Of a stretch of 64,000 nt of DNA, positions 1 through 15,225 are shown piece after piece. A program made the translations under genes and the position numbers. The notes under the pieces were generated by a model. That model made no database searches. It saw only the letters and a program-made list of their open reading frames with translations, and had not been told where the DNA came from. The stretch covers positions 62,001 through 126,000 of the forward strand of contig NW_021832433.1 of assembly GCF_006345805.1 (NCBI RefSeq), read 5' to 3'. The stretch's first letter is position 1. Each line of letters starts with the position of its first letter. This DNA comes from Octopus sinensis. Its lineage: Eukaryota.

Positions 1-690
1 TAGAAAATTCTATCGTAATTTTGTGTTCTAAGTTTTCTCTCTTAAGTTCCTTTGCCATTGATCTGTCGACTGAAGACATATTTCCATTTACCGAAGTTAA
101 GGTGCAGTGACATCCTTGAAATGTCTGATGCAAAATGTAGAAGGATACGTCTTATACAGGGTTATAACGATTAGCGTCGTTCTGAAGATGACGAAGATGA
201 TGATGATGATGATGATGATTGTGATGACGGTAATAATGATGCTACTGCTGCTGATGGTGGTAGCGATTACGATGAGGATAATGACGATGTCGGTGATGAA
301 GATCGTGATGATGATGATGATGATGTCATGATGGATGCGATGATAATGATGTGGCTAATGAAGGTTTTGATGTTCGTAATGATGATGATGATGGTGTAGA
401 GGAAACTTTGGAAATGATGATGAGTGTGATGATGATGATGGTTATGGTGGCAATGATAAAATCTTGTAATAATTATCGAATATTGAGAATTTCAAACCAT
501 TTTATACCGAAATAGAAAAATATCACTTATATCTATGAATATTCTGAACAATAGCTATTGTTGTAGCAGACCTATTTTTAATTAGATTGAAAATTCTATA
601 AAATATGTAAAAACAAATCCAAATCCGGCAGATAACTAAAGGAACACGGGTTCGGATTAAGGTTCACTAAACACCGTAGAAATAAAACAA

Positions 691-750
<60 letters not shown>

Positions 751-1299
751 TAATAATAATAATAATCCTTTCAATTATAAGCACAGGACCTGGAAATTTT
801 GCGGATGGGTTGGGGGATTAGTCGATTACCTCGGCCCAAATGCACAACTGGTACATTAGTGACCCTGAAAGAATGACAGGCGGTATTTATTATACTCAGA
901 AGATAAAAAACCGGATGAAATGCAGTTAAAAATTTTACAATAATAATAATAATAATGATGATGATGAAGATGATGATGATGATGATGATGATGATGATAA
1001 TAATAATAATAATAATATATTTAATTCTTTTATTGGCCACAAGGGCTGACAAAAATTAATTATAACATAAAAGGACAAAACACAGGACGAAAGTTACAAA
1101 GGGTTTTGTCCATTTGAAAAAGGTCCGTGTAAAAACAGTGTAACAACGAAATTTTATATGAATGAAAAACTCCCAATAGGGGGAGGCGCTTCGAAAGGTA
1201 ATAATAGTAATGAAGATAATAATAATAATAGCAATAGTAATAATAAGGATAATAATGATGATGATGATGATGATGAGGATTTCAAATTCTTGCAACAAG

Positions 1300-1880
1300 G
1301 CTAGTATCTTAAGGAGAGTGTAGGGTCGACCCCAGTTTTCAACTAGTACTTATACTTATTTTATCGACCCCGAAAGGATGAAAGTCAAAGTCGACCTTGA
1401 CTAAATTTCAACTCAGAGCGCTGGTAAGCATTTTGTCCGTCGTGCTTATCATCCTTTCTACTCTTGGCACAAGGCATGAAATTTGGTGGGAGGGAGCTAT
1501 CTCGATTAAATAGATCCCAGTACTCAACTGGTACTTAATTTATCGACCCCGAAAGAAGGAAAGGCAAGGTTGACCTCGGCGGAATTTGAACTCAGAACAT
1601 AGTGATGGGCAAAATGACGCTGAGCATTTTGCTTGGCGTGCTAACGATTCTGCCAGCTCGAATAATCCTTTCTACTGTAGGCACAAGACCTGAAATTTGG
1701 TGGGAGAGGTTAAGTAGATTACATCAACCCCAGTACTCAACTGTTACTTAATTTATCGACCCCGAAAGAATGAAAGGCAAAGTCGACCTCGGCGGAATTT
1801 GAGCTCAAAACGTAAAGAGAGACGAAATACTGCTAAGCATTTCGTTCAGCATGGTAACGACTCTGCCAGTTCGCCGTATT
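1300..1880 (-). mobile_element. Three stacked copies of SINE family A (GGCGGCGAGCTGGCAGAA head; core GCCTTTCATCCTTTCGGGGTCGATAAA, similar to the MetaSINE domain)
   Basis: CGACCCCGAAAG.ATGAAAG.CAAAGTCGACCT recurs at about 1365, 1545 and 1757; (AAT)n follows at 1884. Confidence 0.75.
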
Positions 1881-1895
1881 AGGTGTCCTGCTAAT

Positions 1896-1962
<67 letters not shown>

Positions 1963-3714
1963 TTTCTGATTTAGTCAGGAGGTCAGCAATTTTTTTAGGA
2001 GATGGTTAAATTGTTATGATTGTCCCCAGTGCTTGACTGATATGATATTATAATATTATTGGCTCGGGGAGGGGAGGCATGATTGGGCAAAGTTTACCCC
2101 AGTGCAATTTGAGTGCAGATTGTAAACAGTTGGGACAACTAGCACAAATATTTCTTGCTGGCGCTCTAACGATTCTACTAGCTCAGGGTAGGTTTCTAAC
2201 AGAGACACAATACTAGAAATCTGTCGGGGCAGAACAGTCGATTTCTGGTACTTTATTGGATGATCCTGATAGGATAAAAGGTAAATTTAGCCACTATAGA
2301 ATTTGGACGAGAAAAACAAATTAATTCCGAAGTGAAGAATGGTAAGCAGCACAAGAAGTGTCGGTGATGCTATTCGATGGTTGCTTTATAAACATATATT
2401 ATATACATTCTCATAAATTATAACCATAGGCATTATAGCGTTGGCTAATATATTCACTGGAACCATCGATTCTATTCCGGAACCACCAGAATTGGATACG
2501 AATTAATTTGTACAAAGATCATGCAGATAACTTTACAGAAGAAAGATTTATATGTAATGGTAGGCTACTGGCGTTAAACAGTGCTCAAATTTCGAAACAA
2601 TGGGGGACATGAGTTAATACTGTAAGCGCTTTTATTCTTGAAATTTGCCATTATTTCTACTCTGTCATTTCTATAAATGGTTGCCAAAATAGTTATAATA
2701 ATGGTAATTCAATTATTTGCTCCAAAAGATATGAATGAATGAAACTTATAATGACTCGTTATTGTTTTTTCTGAGCACCGTTTTCATAAACTTATTTCAA
2801 ACAGAAGTTGTGAATGTCTTTGATATCGTGCGGCAGTACTTGAAATGAAATAAATCTATTCCTACTTCATATAATTTAAGTTAATTCTTCAGGTACCATC
2901 AAGATTGTTTTTGTCTCAGTTTTCAACGCGTTATTATATGAAACCAAAGAAAGTGAGGCTTGCAGGAGTCTTCGATTGGTACATATTCTTTTTTTGTTTT
3001 GTTTTTGTTTTTGTAAATACCATTCATTGATATATCATAAAATTTTCCAAAATTTCATACACCCACCTAGAAACCAAAAATATTCTGTACGTCTAGTAAT
3101 AATTTAAATTATGAATTTCGAAAAAAAATATTAGTAAGTAATATCTTCGTTTGTTTTATCAACCCTATTTTTGCATAAAATCTTACGAATAACAGGATTT
3201 TCAAGATGAACTCGTATTTGTGGGGTTTATAATGCTTGAAATTGTATGAAGATATCTGCAACGAATCTACATAACATTTACACTCCTTTTCAGGGCCACA
3301 AGGGTAAAGCAACCCATATTTAAAGTTTTGTTTTATCAAAGGAGAAGTGTAAAATCTACTCGGATAAATCGGCTCCAGATCTTATTTAGTTATCGATCTG
3401 GGGCTGGTGATTAGAACAATCAATACAGAGCAACGCAAAAGAAGGCCGCATTCTTTATTTGCATCTCTTTCCGTCAAAGCCAAGTTTGTCTTTCGCCGTC
3501 GTGCAGTCGACGAAAGACAAAATGTAGTACCAGTAATACACAGTGGTCGGTATGATGAAGTAATATTATTCGTCCGCGCAGTTTCAAACAAGGTTTATGG
3601 CCTCCTGCCTAACTGAGTTGGAAAGTAATTATTTTTATCGATCACTGATAATGAGAAATTAGCTGATACGTCAGTGATAATATTGTGATAGAATTATTGA
3701 ACAAAACAGAAAGT

Positions 3715-4680
<966 letters not shown>

Positions 4681-4822
4681 AAGAAATAACTAAAAGAGAG
4701 AGAAAAAAAAAGCCGGTGAGATGTCAAGCTAACATCTCCATTTATTGAGAAGTTACTATAATAAGGTTAATGAATACAGGCAGTCTCAAAAGTTATTTAA
4801 TCATATGGTATGCAACATATAC

Positions 4823-4888
<66 letters not shown>

Positions 4889-4890
<2 letters not shown>

Positions 4891-5278
4891 TCTTTTACTT
4901 TTTTTTTACTCGTTTCAGTCATTTGACTGCGGCCATGCTGGAGCACCGCCTTTAGTCGAGCAAATCGACCCCAGTACTTATTCTATCGGTCTCTTTTTGC
5001 CGAACCGCTAAGTGACGGGTACGTAAACACACCAGCATCGGTTGTCAAGCAATGCTAGTGAGACAAACACAGACACACAAACACACACATGCATATATAT
5101 ATTTATATACATATATACGACAGGCTTCTTTCAGTTTCCGTCTACCAAATCCACTCACAAGGCATTGGTCGGCCCGAGGTTATAGCAGAAGACACTTGCT
5201 CAAGGTGCCACGCAGTGGGACTGAACCCGGAACCATGTGGTTGGTTAGCAAGCTACTTACCACAGCCACTCCTGCGCC
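4889..5278 (-). mobile_element. tRNA-derived SINE family B (head GGCGCAGGAGTGGCTGTGTGG)
   Basis: A-box/B-box head (TGGCTGTGGTAAG; GGTTCAGTCCC), internal (TA/CA)n, AGAGTAAA tail; many homologous copies in this window. Confidence 0.85.
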
Positions 5279-6352
5279 TATATATATATATGTATATATA
5301 TGTGTATATATATATATATAAACACACATATATACATATTTATATATATATACAGATAGAGAGAAAATATATGCCCACATACACAAGCACGCACACACAC
5401 ATGTATATATATATATACATACGTTTCTTAAGTACACACACATACACACCTATAGAAACAAACTGTATCGCTCTGCTACAGACAACCACATAATTCTCGG
5501 ATAAATGTATTCATCCGCACAAAAATACACGCTGTTCCATACAGACAATGAGATAAAAGAGACCGATACATTCCCCTTCCTCAAGACTTTGCCGAGTTAC
5601 CGCCCGCTACTCTTCCGAAATTTCTCCAACAAAACACTTCAAAAAAGCGAATACATTTCAGTCAGTAGCAACAAAACAGATTGTGTCAGGGCAAGAAATA
5701 TGAACTAATTTAACCCATTTTTCTCCACCGCGATAATCAGTTTAACGAAATAATTTCCTTAAACAACAGACACTTTTACTGAAGCAATGAATTATGCAGA
5801 TTATTCAACAGGAACGACATAAATGTTATCTACTCGACAACGACTTGGAGGAAAATAGAATCATTCCATAGCACAACGCTACAATCTTCACCACAATATA
5901 AACCAACCAAGCGATAAGTGCAATTGTTTTAACACTGATTCGTATCACTTGGATCGTCGGACCACTGAATTGAGTCAAGAAACTACAACAGGAACGAAAG
6001 GTTTAATAGAGTTTCACATATCGGCAAAAACAGAAAACTCATTTAGAGACAATTCTATTTTCTGACTTGCTCTGTCTGGGGGAAGGTACAACGCTCGTGG
6101 TATTCCGTAGGCCCAACTAACTGGCGGAATTGGAGGCATTGTTGCTCCTTTAGACATAAACTGCTGCGAAATGAGTCGAAATGGGATACAAGGATGCCAA
6201 CGATCTGGTCAAGGACTGTAGTAAATACTACGGTGTCTGGACACAAAAAGGGGCCGAGGATGATTAGAGAGAAGTGGGTCAAGAATATTTGTGCAGAGAT
6301 GGCTCCGAAGTGCTGCGCCAATTGTAGTACAGTAGAAAAAGCAGAGGGAGAT

Positions 6353-6439
<87 letters not shown>

Positions 6440-7395
6440 TGTACCAGTAGACGAGAAGCAACTTAAATAAGGCTTTCAGTAACTGCATGCCTGTCAGTTG
6501 TATAGGTATATACCTGATGTGGCATGTGCTTGTGTTTGACAGCAGCAGCACCCCAGATGCGAGAACGATGCTCTATAGGAGATCTCACCAACACATAACG
6601 TCTTTCAACCTCAACATAGCCAGCTAAAACAAGCAAAAATATATACTCAAAGACCTGACTTCAAATGTTATAATATTCGATTTATACAAAGCCAACATAT
6701 TTATTAACAGTTCAGAATGAAATGGTTGATGGTTAAAAGAAGAATGTAAGACAAATCACTCCACACCAATGATGAATATTAACGAGCGACTTAAGAATAG
6801 ATGCAATCTCGGATTTTAAAACCGCGTGGACGTTTCTACGACAACAGGATCGCTATTACGTCATACAGTTATCGTGCTTCTCTGACTATAATTAAAGTTT
6901 GTTAAAAGTGGATGTATCCATTTTCTCGCCTACTATTGTGAGTAACGGTACAGAAACAACTTATAGGAACTAAAAATACACACACACATGTAGATAGCTG
7001 TCGAGATGTATACGTGTGTGTGTTTATATATTTGTATTGGTGTATGTTTGCTAGAATAGGAACTTAACCACTAAGAAACAATGTCTCTTGGTAGCGAAAG
7101 TATATCACGTGATACGATACACCCCACCGCCACGCCCGCAAACACAAAAACAGATAAGTTTTACGTTTCTTAGATAAAGAAGACAAGAAGACATCTTAAA
7201 TTTCTTGCTTATCATCTGATTTCAATTTTTCATCCCAAGACAAACGACAAACTCTCCTGTCCATTTTCAGAGAAATCATATTTGCTTAGAATTCGATACA
7301 TTTCCAATATACATACATATACACACATATGTTTGTGTATATATATATATATATATATATACATACATATATATATATATATATTATATATACAT

Positions 7396-7443
<48 letters not shown>

Positions 7444-8520
7444 ATATCCACACACACACGCGTATATGCATGTGTACGTATATATGTGTGTGTATGTATG
7501 GATTGATATAAACTTATATATTTGTATATTATATATGTATGTATGTGTGTCTGTATGTGTGTATAATTTCTATGTATGCGTTAAATGTGTACTTTTCTTT
7601 CTGTTGATAATTTTTTGCTGTTACATTTTTGTTATATTTTTAAACGATGTAAACAAAAAAAATTCTAACGCAAAACCTAAAAATACGGAAATAAAAAAAA
7701 GATTTGCTATTTATTTCTTGTTTTCTTTATATGTTTTTAAAAGTATATATATTCTTTTTTTTATATTCTATTTATTTATTCTATATTTATTTTCATATTT
7801 ATGTATTCATTTTCCACAAAACGAACAAAAACATAACACAACTAAACAAGCAAAAAAGCTTGAAATTTGATATTTTATCGATTTCATGTTATTGTTTCCG
7901 GAAATATTTTCTTGGAAAAAAAAAAAAAATTAGCAATCAAAAATACAAGAAATATACCAATATTTCATTATTTATATATTTTTTATGAATGTATTTTTCG
8001 TCTGTCTTTCTATAAATTTTTAACTGTTTATTTAATTTATTTCTGACCAAAATATCGATGAAGAAAAGGTATTTGTTTTTATTTTTATACGTCTTTTTTT
8101 TTATAGATTTTACTGTTTCCGGTCGCTTTCGTGGTGTGTATGTGGTATTCGTTTCAGATAGAGAACACGTTCACACACACACACACATATAAAGAAAGTA
8201 AAAATTTATGTGAAGATATACATGCATACGTACACGCTTTACGATCTTTCTCTCATTCTGCGTGTGTATATACACACACATACACACAATCCAAACAAGA
8301 ATACAAAGAAAGAGTTTATCACATCTTTAAAGACCAGTTACAATTGTTTCTGTAGCAGCTTTGATTTCAACGCCAGTTCACGTGAATGTTCCAAGAAAAA
8401 ATTTACGCAATATTTGCCGTTTCAAACATTCGAGTCGTACCGCTTCACACCTGCATCAAAGATGCCGTCTTACACTGGTAAAACCACGTCTTGCTACCTT
8501 CTCAGAACCTTTTACATACA

Positions 8521-8768
8521 TTAATACATTTTGTTCCTTCTCGAGCCAGGCCCGGTTTCTTTGGCGTACAGGTTCCCCACCTGGACGGGACGCCGGTCCG
8601 TCGCAGGTGAGCTGCAAGATACAGGAGGAAAGAGTGAGAAAAAAAGTTGTGGCGAAAGAGTCAGCAGAAGTTCGCCGTTACCTTCTGCCGGAGCTGCATG
8701 GAGCTGAAGTGTTTCGCTCATAAACATACACATCGCCCGGTCTGAGATTCGAACCCGCGATCCCTCGA
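8521..8768 (-). mobile_element. SINE related to family C, 5'-truncated
   Basis: GGGATCGCGGGTTCGAATCTCAGACCGGGCG B-box region and a body similar to 12747. Confidence 0.6.
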
Positions 8769-8846
8769 CAATGGCTCTCAATGCCATGATGCAGTTCCAG
8801 GCAATGGCTCTAAATGCCCTGATGCAGTACCAGGCAATGGCTCTCA
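8769..8846. repeat. 33-bp tandem repeat, about 2.4 copies
   Basis: CAATGGCTCTCAATGCCATGATGCAGTTCCAGG / CAATGGCTCTAAATGCCCTGATGCAGTACCAGG / CAATGGCTCTCA. Confidence 0.85.
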
Positions 8847-9609
8847 TAGCTGCTGATCATAACTGATTGGAAGTGATATCATGTACATTGTTTTTTCTTG
8901 GTATAAAAGATGGGCTACAGCAAATATTCTGCTCAATACCACGGATTTGCTTGTCTGTTGTTTGACATTAACCAGTTACAGATGTCCTTTAGTAGCTGAC
9001 GATATATGCATGTCTGATCACTAGCAGAAATAATGGGGAGCATCATAGCCATGTGTTGAAAGGAATTCTTAGAAGTTTGGATAATTCACCTTTGGAAACA
9101 TGGGTGATTCGTTCAACATCCTTAAACGATCCTTATTCAGGGACCTTTTGAGCAGGATGGGCTACTCGACCAGGAGAAAATTCTAACTGGGCCCCCACCT
9201 GTGCTGTTTATCTTGATATGAGATCACCATGTCGCGCACATATGGTTGTGATGCATGTGCCTGGTGTACCCTTATCAGACGCGTAGTCATGATGGGTATA
9301 CTGGGCTTCATATATATTTACCCCAGTGTCACTTTGATGGCATGCACTGCTCTCCCACTCAATAATAATAATAATCATAATAATAGATTTCAAATTTTGA
9401 CACATAGCCAGCAATTTCGGGGAAAGAGGTAAGCCGATTGCATCGACTCCAGTGTTCAACTGGTATTTATTTTATCGACCCCGAAACAGATAGATGGCAA
9501 AGTCAAACTGAGTAGAATTTGAACTCAGAGCATGTAGACTGATAAAATGCCGTTAAGCATTTCGACTAGCGTGCAATAATTCTACCAGTTCGTTGCCTTC
9601 ATAATAATA

Positions 9610-9997
9610 GTAATCCGTTGTATTATAGGCACAAGGTCTGAAATTTGTAGGAAGCGGGATAGTCGATCCCATCGACCCCTGTACTTGTTCCTAATTTATT
9701 GACTCCGAAGGGATGAAAGGCAAAGTCGACCTCGGCGGAATTTGAACTCAAGAACATAGCGGCAGACGAAATACCTATTTCTTTACTACCCACAAGGGGC
9801 CAAACACAGAGAGGACAAACAAGGACAGACAAACGGATTAAGTCGATTATATCGACCCCAGTGCGTAACTGGTACTTATTTAATCGATCCCGAAAGGATG
9901 AAAGGCAAAGTCGACCTCGGCGGAATTTGAACTCAGAACGTAGCGGCTGACGAAATACTGCTAAGCATTTCGCTCGACGTGCTAACTGTTCTGCCAG
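9610..9997 (-). mobile_element. Composite SINE family A (long-tailed copy joined to a second body)
   Basis: Two core domains and one head; junction AAAGAAATAG|GTATTTCG at 9775/9774. Confidence 0.8.
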
Positions 9998-10007
9998 CTC
10001 ACCGCCT

Positions 10008-10089
<82 letters not shown>

Positions 10090-10091
<2 letters not shown>

Positions 10092-10337
10092 TAATCCTTT
10101 CTACTGGAAGCACAATGCTTCAAATTTGGAGGAAGGGTTTAAGTCGATTACATCGATCCGAGAGCGTAATTGGTACACGAATTCGGATCGATGCAATGGG
10201 TACTTATTTAATCGACCCCGTAAGGATGAAATGCAAAGTTGGCCTCGGCAGAATTTGAACTCAGAACCTAGCGACGGACGCAATACCGCTAAGCATTTTG
10301 CCCGGCGTGCTAACGATTCTGTCAGCGAGCCGCCTTG
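10090..10337 (-). mobile_element. SINE family A copy between (AAT)n tracts
   Basis: Core and head present. Confidence 0.75.
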
Positions 10338-11076
10338 ATAATAATAACAAGAATGATAATTTACGGTTAGAGACCAGCCTATCCAAGGCCACAATTTATT
10401 TTCGACTCACAACTTCGCTAGTTTTAATTACAGAGAAATCCTTTAATTAAGTATCTGTTAATAGCTCGATGAGATTATGATAGCGAGTTAGCAGAGGACT
10501 GAGACGTATGAAGGACGTGAGGGGTGGGAAGAAAGATGTAAAGTGAAGATGGAGAAGCGGGGACAAAAGTACAAGAAGAGGGGAAAGATAAAGTTCGAGA
10601 GATAAGAATGCTATTAAGATAAAGAGATAACCGACGGAAAGAGAGAAAGAGAGAGACGTAGAGAGAAGGAGAGAGAAGGAGAGAGAGAGAGAGAGTGAGA
10701 GACCGCGATCGTACAAGATGATGGAGAAACAGAGGCATAGCACCATATATTGTCTTGCAATTAGATACAATCTCAGAATTGCGATGGAAGAGATCACTGA
10801 TAGGAGAAACCAGACGCACGCACACACTCTACCGCTCTTGCTTTCATATTCATTCTTCTACACCCTCTCACAGGGACTATCAAATATAATTTTATATATG
10901 TATATATGCATGTGTGTGTATATGTGTCTGTGAGGATATATGTCTGTGTGTGTGGATATGTGTGTGTACCTGTATGCATAGCGACTCAGACCGAGATGGA
11001 GGTTAGAGAGAGCGAAGGCGAGAAGCATCAGGAAAAAGATTAATACAAAACCTATTCACATACACACAAAATATAC

Positions 11077-11172
<96 letters not shown>

Positions 11173-11293
11173 CATACATACATACGTACATACATACACA
11201 TATAAAAGTATAATATATATATATATGTGTCAGTGTGTCTATATAAGTAGATATGGCTATGTGCATACGTGCATTGTGTGTATGCACGTGTTT

Positions 11294-11358
<65 letters not shown>

Positions 11359-12117
11359 GTGTGTGTGTTTGTGTGTATCACGTACTGTTGTCATACAGTT
11401 TCATCGCAGATTCTCTTCATCAATGTCTTTAATCAGCATCAAATTCAATAATTTGAAAACACCTGATCGAATTCTCAGTTCTGAAGAGGGAGAGAAAGGA
11501 AGAATGGGAGACAGAGAGAGAGTGAGTGAGAGAGAGAGAGAGGGAGAGAGAGAGAGGGAGAGAGATGGGGAGGAGAAGAAAATATGGCGTAGTGTACGCA
11601 TAATATTGCAAAAAAGGGTATGAAGTAGATTTGTGATAATGGAGAGGAGAACAGGTGGACCGTTTGTCTTCGTCTATTCTAATGGTTCATATTGGCTCAC
11701 TTGCATACAACTATAGTCACGGATAAAGATATAGAGACGCTGGCAAAGCCATACAGACACATGATCATACGAATTAGCAGCCGATTCACTCTGCCAGCGA
11801 TAAACTGCAGTTTGTATCGCGATAGTAGGAATGGTACTAAGAATTTGGGGCTTGCGTAAAAGAAAATCTAAATTAGTTCTTCAAAACTTATTGAATACAT
11901 TTAGCCTCTGTATCTATACACACACGCACGCACATTTTATATGCATATATATATATGTGAGTGATTAAGAAACACTCATTGCAACAGCGTGTTGTCTGGT
12001 TCAGGCCCACTGCCTAGCCCCTTAGGCGACTGTCTTCTATTCTGGACCGACCGATGCCTTATGAGTGCCTCTGGTTGACGGAAACTCTGCAACTCGTGAT
12101 TGACCGCTAAATCCAAA

Positions 12118-12270
12118 AGTGATTTTATTCTCACTCTGTTTATTTCCTCGTTGAAGAGCGTAGGCTCGAAACGTAAGAGACTTTCTCACTTTCCTGAGCG
12201 TCAAACTAACACATCTGCCTGTCGTTTATACATCCGTCTTCGTCTTTTGTTTTTCTGTAAATTTCAACTA
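12118..12270 (+). mobile_element. Short Penelope-like remnant with a decayed hammerhead-like motif
   Basis: TTGAA-GAGC-GTAG-GCTC-GAAACGT-A at 12151-12175. It shares CTGAGCGTC, a T-rich segment and an AACTA end with the 62290 element. Confidence 0.4.
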
Positions 12271-12746
12271 ATACATACATATATACATACATACATAGAT
12301 ACATACATATATACATACATACATATATATATATATATTTATATATATATATATATATAATGTGTGTGTGTATAAATTACACACTGAGAGAAGAACAACT
12401 ACGCAGTCTCCTTACATACTGAAAAGAGATGTCAAATCTCCAAATCACGAAAAATTACATACTTAGCACGTTGACTGTCGGTGGGTAAGACAATTTGAAG
12501 AAATGAAAAAGACCAGTTAATTTTATACTTATATAACTAACTGGTCTTTTAAATTTTTCGTGGCTTGGGGATTTGACATCTCTTTTTCATCTTGTAAAGG
12601 GACCACTTAGTGGTTTGCTGGCCACAGGTATGAATTATTATCTATAATAATTTTTACTCTTACATATTTACTTAATATATATATATAATATATATAATAT
12701 ATATATATATATATGTGTGTATGTGTCTGTGTGTGTGTGTGTGTGT

Positions 12747-13022
12747 GGAGGCGCAATGGCCCAGTGGTTAGGGCAGCGGACTCGCGGTCGTAGGATCGCG
12801 GTTTCGATTCCCAGACCGGGCTTTGTGTGTGTTTATTGACCGAAAACACCTAAAAAGCTCCACGAGGCTCCGGCAGGGGTGGTGGTGATCCCTGCTGTAC
12901 TCTTTCACCACTCTTTCTCTCACTCTTCTGTTGGCCTGGTCGCTTGGCCAGCGAGGTGGCGTCACTCGAAGGCTAAAACAATGCGAACGCATTGTGACCA
13001 GCGATGTGTAGCAACATCTGAT
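12747..13022 (+). mobile_element. tRNA-Arg-derived SINE (family C; resembles the tRNA-Arg-derived octopus SINEs, assignment unverified)
   Basis: GGAGGCGCAATGGCCCAGTGGTTAGGGCAGCGGACTCGCGG...GGTTTCGATTCCC has A and B boxes and a TCG anticodon-like loop, followed by a non-tRNA body. Confidence 0.75.
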
Positions 13023-13040
13023 ATATATATATAATATATA

Positions 13041-13074
<34 letters not shown>

Positions 13075-15174
13075 TGAGAGCCGGTGTTTGTTCCTTAGTG
13101 ATTCGGCAAATATAATTGATAAAAGAAGAACCAGACTTTACGGGGTTCGATTTGTTTCCTTGAAATCTTTTCAGGGTCGTGTTCCAGCTGCAGTCAAATG
13201 ATTGAAGCAATTGAAAGATGTAAAAGCAAGTCCTGTGTCTGCAATATTAGAGCTTCGATTCTTTACCTGGTTTCTACATTTGTTAGAATAATCAAAAAGC
13301 ATCAGTGAAATTTAATCTAAATCAGATGAAAGGCCGTGGCTGGGACTGTATTGTCCTATGAAAATCATGTTTTCAAAATATTACTTCGCGGTTTCAAATG
13401 CAACGCCGGATACAGTATAAATGAGAAAATAATGAAAAAATATTTTGTATTATATCATTATCGATTGACGTTTAAACTGCAAGTGTTTTGTCGATAAGTC
13501 TATCATTATCAAGAGGCAATTATATTTTATACCTAATATATCGATAATTTTACAGTGATTGATATGGCTATCACTTAAAAGACAGCTCTGATCTAGGGTC
13601 ATAATATATCAGAACATTCAGAGTCACGAACATGTGTGTGTGTGTGTGTGTGTGTGTATCTTTTACCTTTTACTTGTTTCAGCCATGTAATTGTGGTCAT
13701 GCTGGGGCACCGCGTTTAAGGATCTTAGTCACACGAATCGACTTCGGCATTTTTTGTTTTGAAGCCTCGTACTTATCCTACCGGTCTGTTTTACCAATCG
13801 TTAAGTTAAGGTGACGTAAACAAGCCAACATGGGTCGTCAAGCGATGGTGGGCACACACACACACACACAGACACTCACACACACACACACACACGCACA
13901 CATATCTTTAAAATTTAGGCACAAGAGCAGCAAACTTTTGAGGAGAAGGGTTAGCCGCTTTCATAGACCTTAATAGTTGGCTGGTACTTTATTGTATCGA
14001 TGTCGAATGGGGAAATAGTAAAAATTGGCTGCAGCATGGCGATTTTAACTCAGACGCAAATGCACCATCGCAGTCTTCTCGAAGCCATAACTATTCTTCC
14101 AGTCCAAGGTGTCAAACTGGCGGAAACGTTAAGACGCCGGGCGAAATGCTTACCCGTATTTCGTCTGCCGCTTCGTTCTGAGTTCAAATTCCGCCGAGGT
14201 TAACTTTGCCCTTCATTCTTTCGAAGTCGATAAATTAAGTACCAGTTGCTGTCTAATCGACTGGCCCGCTCCCCCACTCAAATTTCGGGCCTTGGACCTA
14301 GAGTAGAAAAGAACAATCATTTCCAGTCTACCACGGCACACATATATTTATATATAAACACACACATTCGCACGCATATGCGAATCATTACTGGGTACAG
14401 TATTAAATACACTGTACTTTCGTACATTGTATATATTATACATTCGTAAGGGTGAATAAAAAACACACACATATATAATGTGTGTATGTATGTATACATC
14501 GATAAATATATATATCAATAGAAGGACAGATAGATGTAATTGTCAACTTTCATTTGTGTGCGAGAGCTTATTTCTTTAATAAGTACGTCTACACACTCAC
14601 ATACAGAACTGAACGCTCGCGTTGATTCAAATACACACACATACACACACACAAACACATTCTGTACATTGATATACACACGCACACACATACTGAGACA
14701 GTAGTCCGTTTGTGACACTCCTTGTTTTACAAAAATCCCTCTCCGTAGCCACAATAGGAATTATCTCCCTTTTGTTATCGATGACAACGCCTCTATTTAA
14801 ACCTTGTCACTCGTTCAAAATTACTCATTACTCAACTTATTGTTATCTCTATTGAAACTAAAGCCATTCGAGAATGAAATGGGCGCCATCTTGTTTCTGC
14901 CTTTAACATCGTCGTTAATTAACCAACAATACCTTTAAATTTGACAATTCAGAAAAGCGGACATTTTAAAGGGGGGAAATAAAAGAAAAGAAAAGAAGAA
15001 ACACTCCTATAAAATTGTTAAAGGCTTTGTTGTTGTTGTTGTTGAGAAATTGTTTTTGTTATATTTGCTAGACTTGTTATTGTTTTTTTTATTGTTGTTC
15101 AAATTCTTATTTCGTAGAAGAGTTAACGAATGAATAAAAGCGCAGTTTTATTTACCAAACTCAGTTGCTAAATA

Positions 15175-15225
<51 letters not shown>

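Noticed and set aside
5560-6130. Possible RTE reverse-transcriptase relic (NYAD..., HISAKTE)
   Set aside because: Motif spacing is wrong and the similarity is too weak to call without a profile search.
11380-11482. Strong minus-strand polypyrimidine tract plus CAG, with a downstream GTACGT
   Set aside because: All three frames hit stops before the donor, and the tract is a (TC)n microsatellite; it could only be non-coding or cryptic.
12747-12820. tRNA-Arg(TCG)-like sequence as a real tRNA gene
   Set aside because: The cloverleaf is imperfect and continues into a repeated SINE body; it is a SINE head.
14880-14893. YY1-like GGCGCCATCTT motif (also GC boxes and ETS-like GGAAG sites near 7130, 60980 and 61620)
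   Set aside because: Isolated short motifs with no supporting promoter context.
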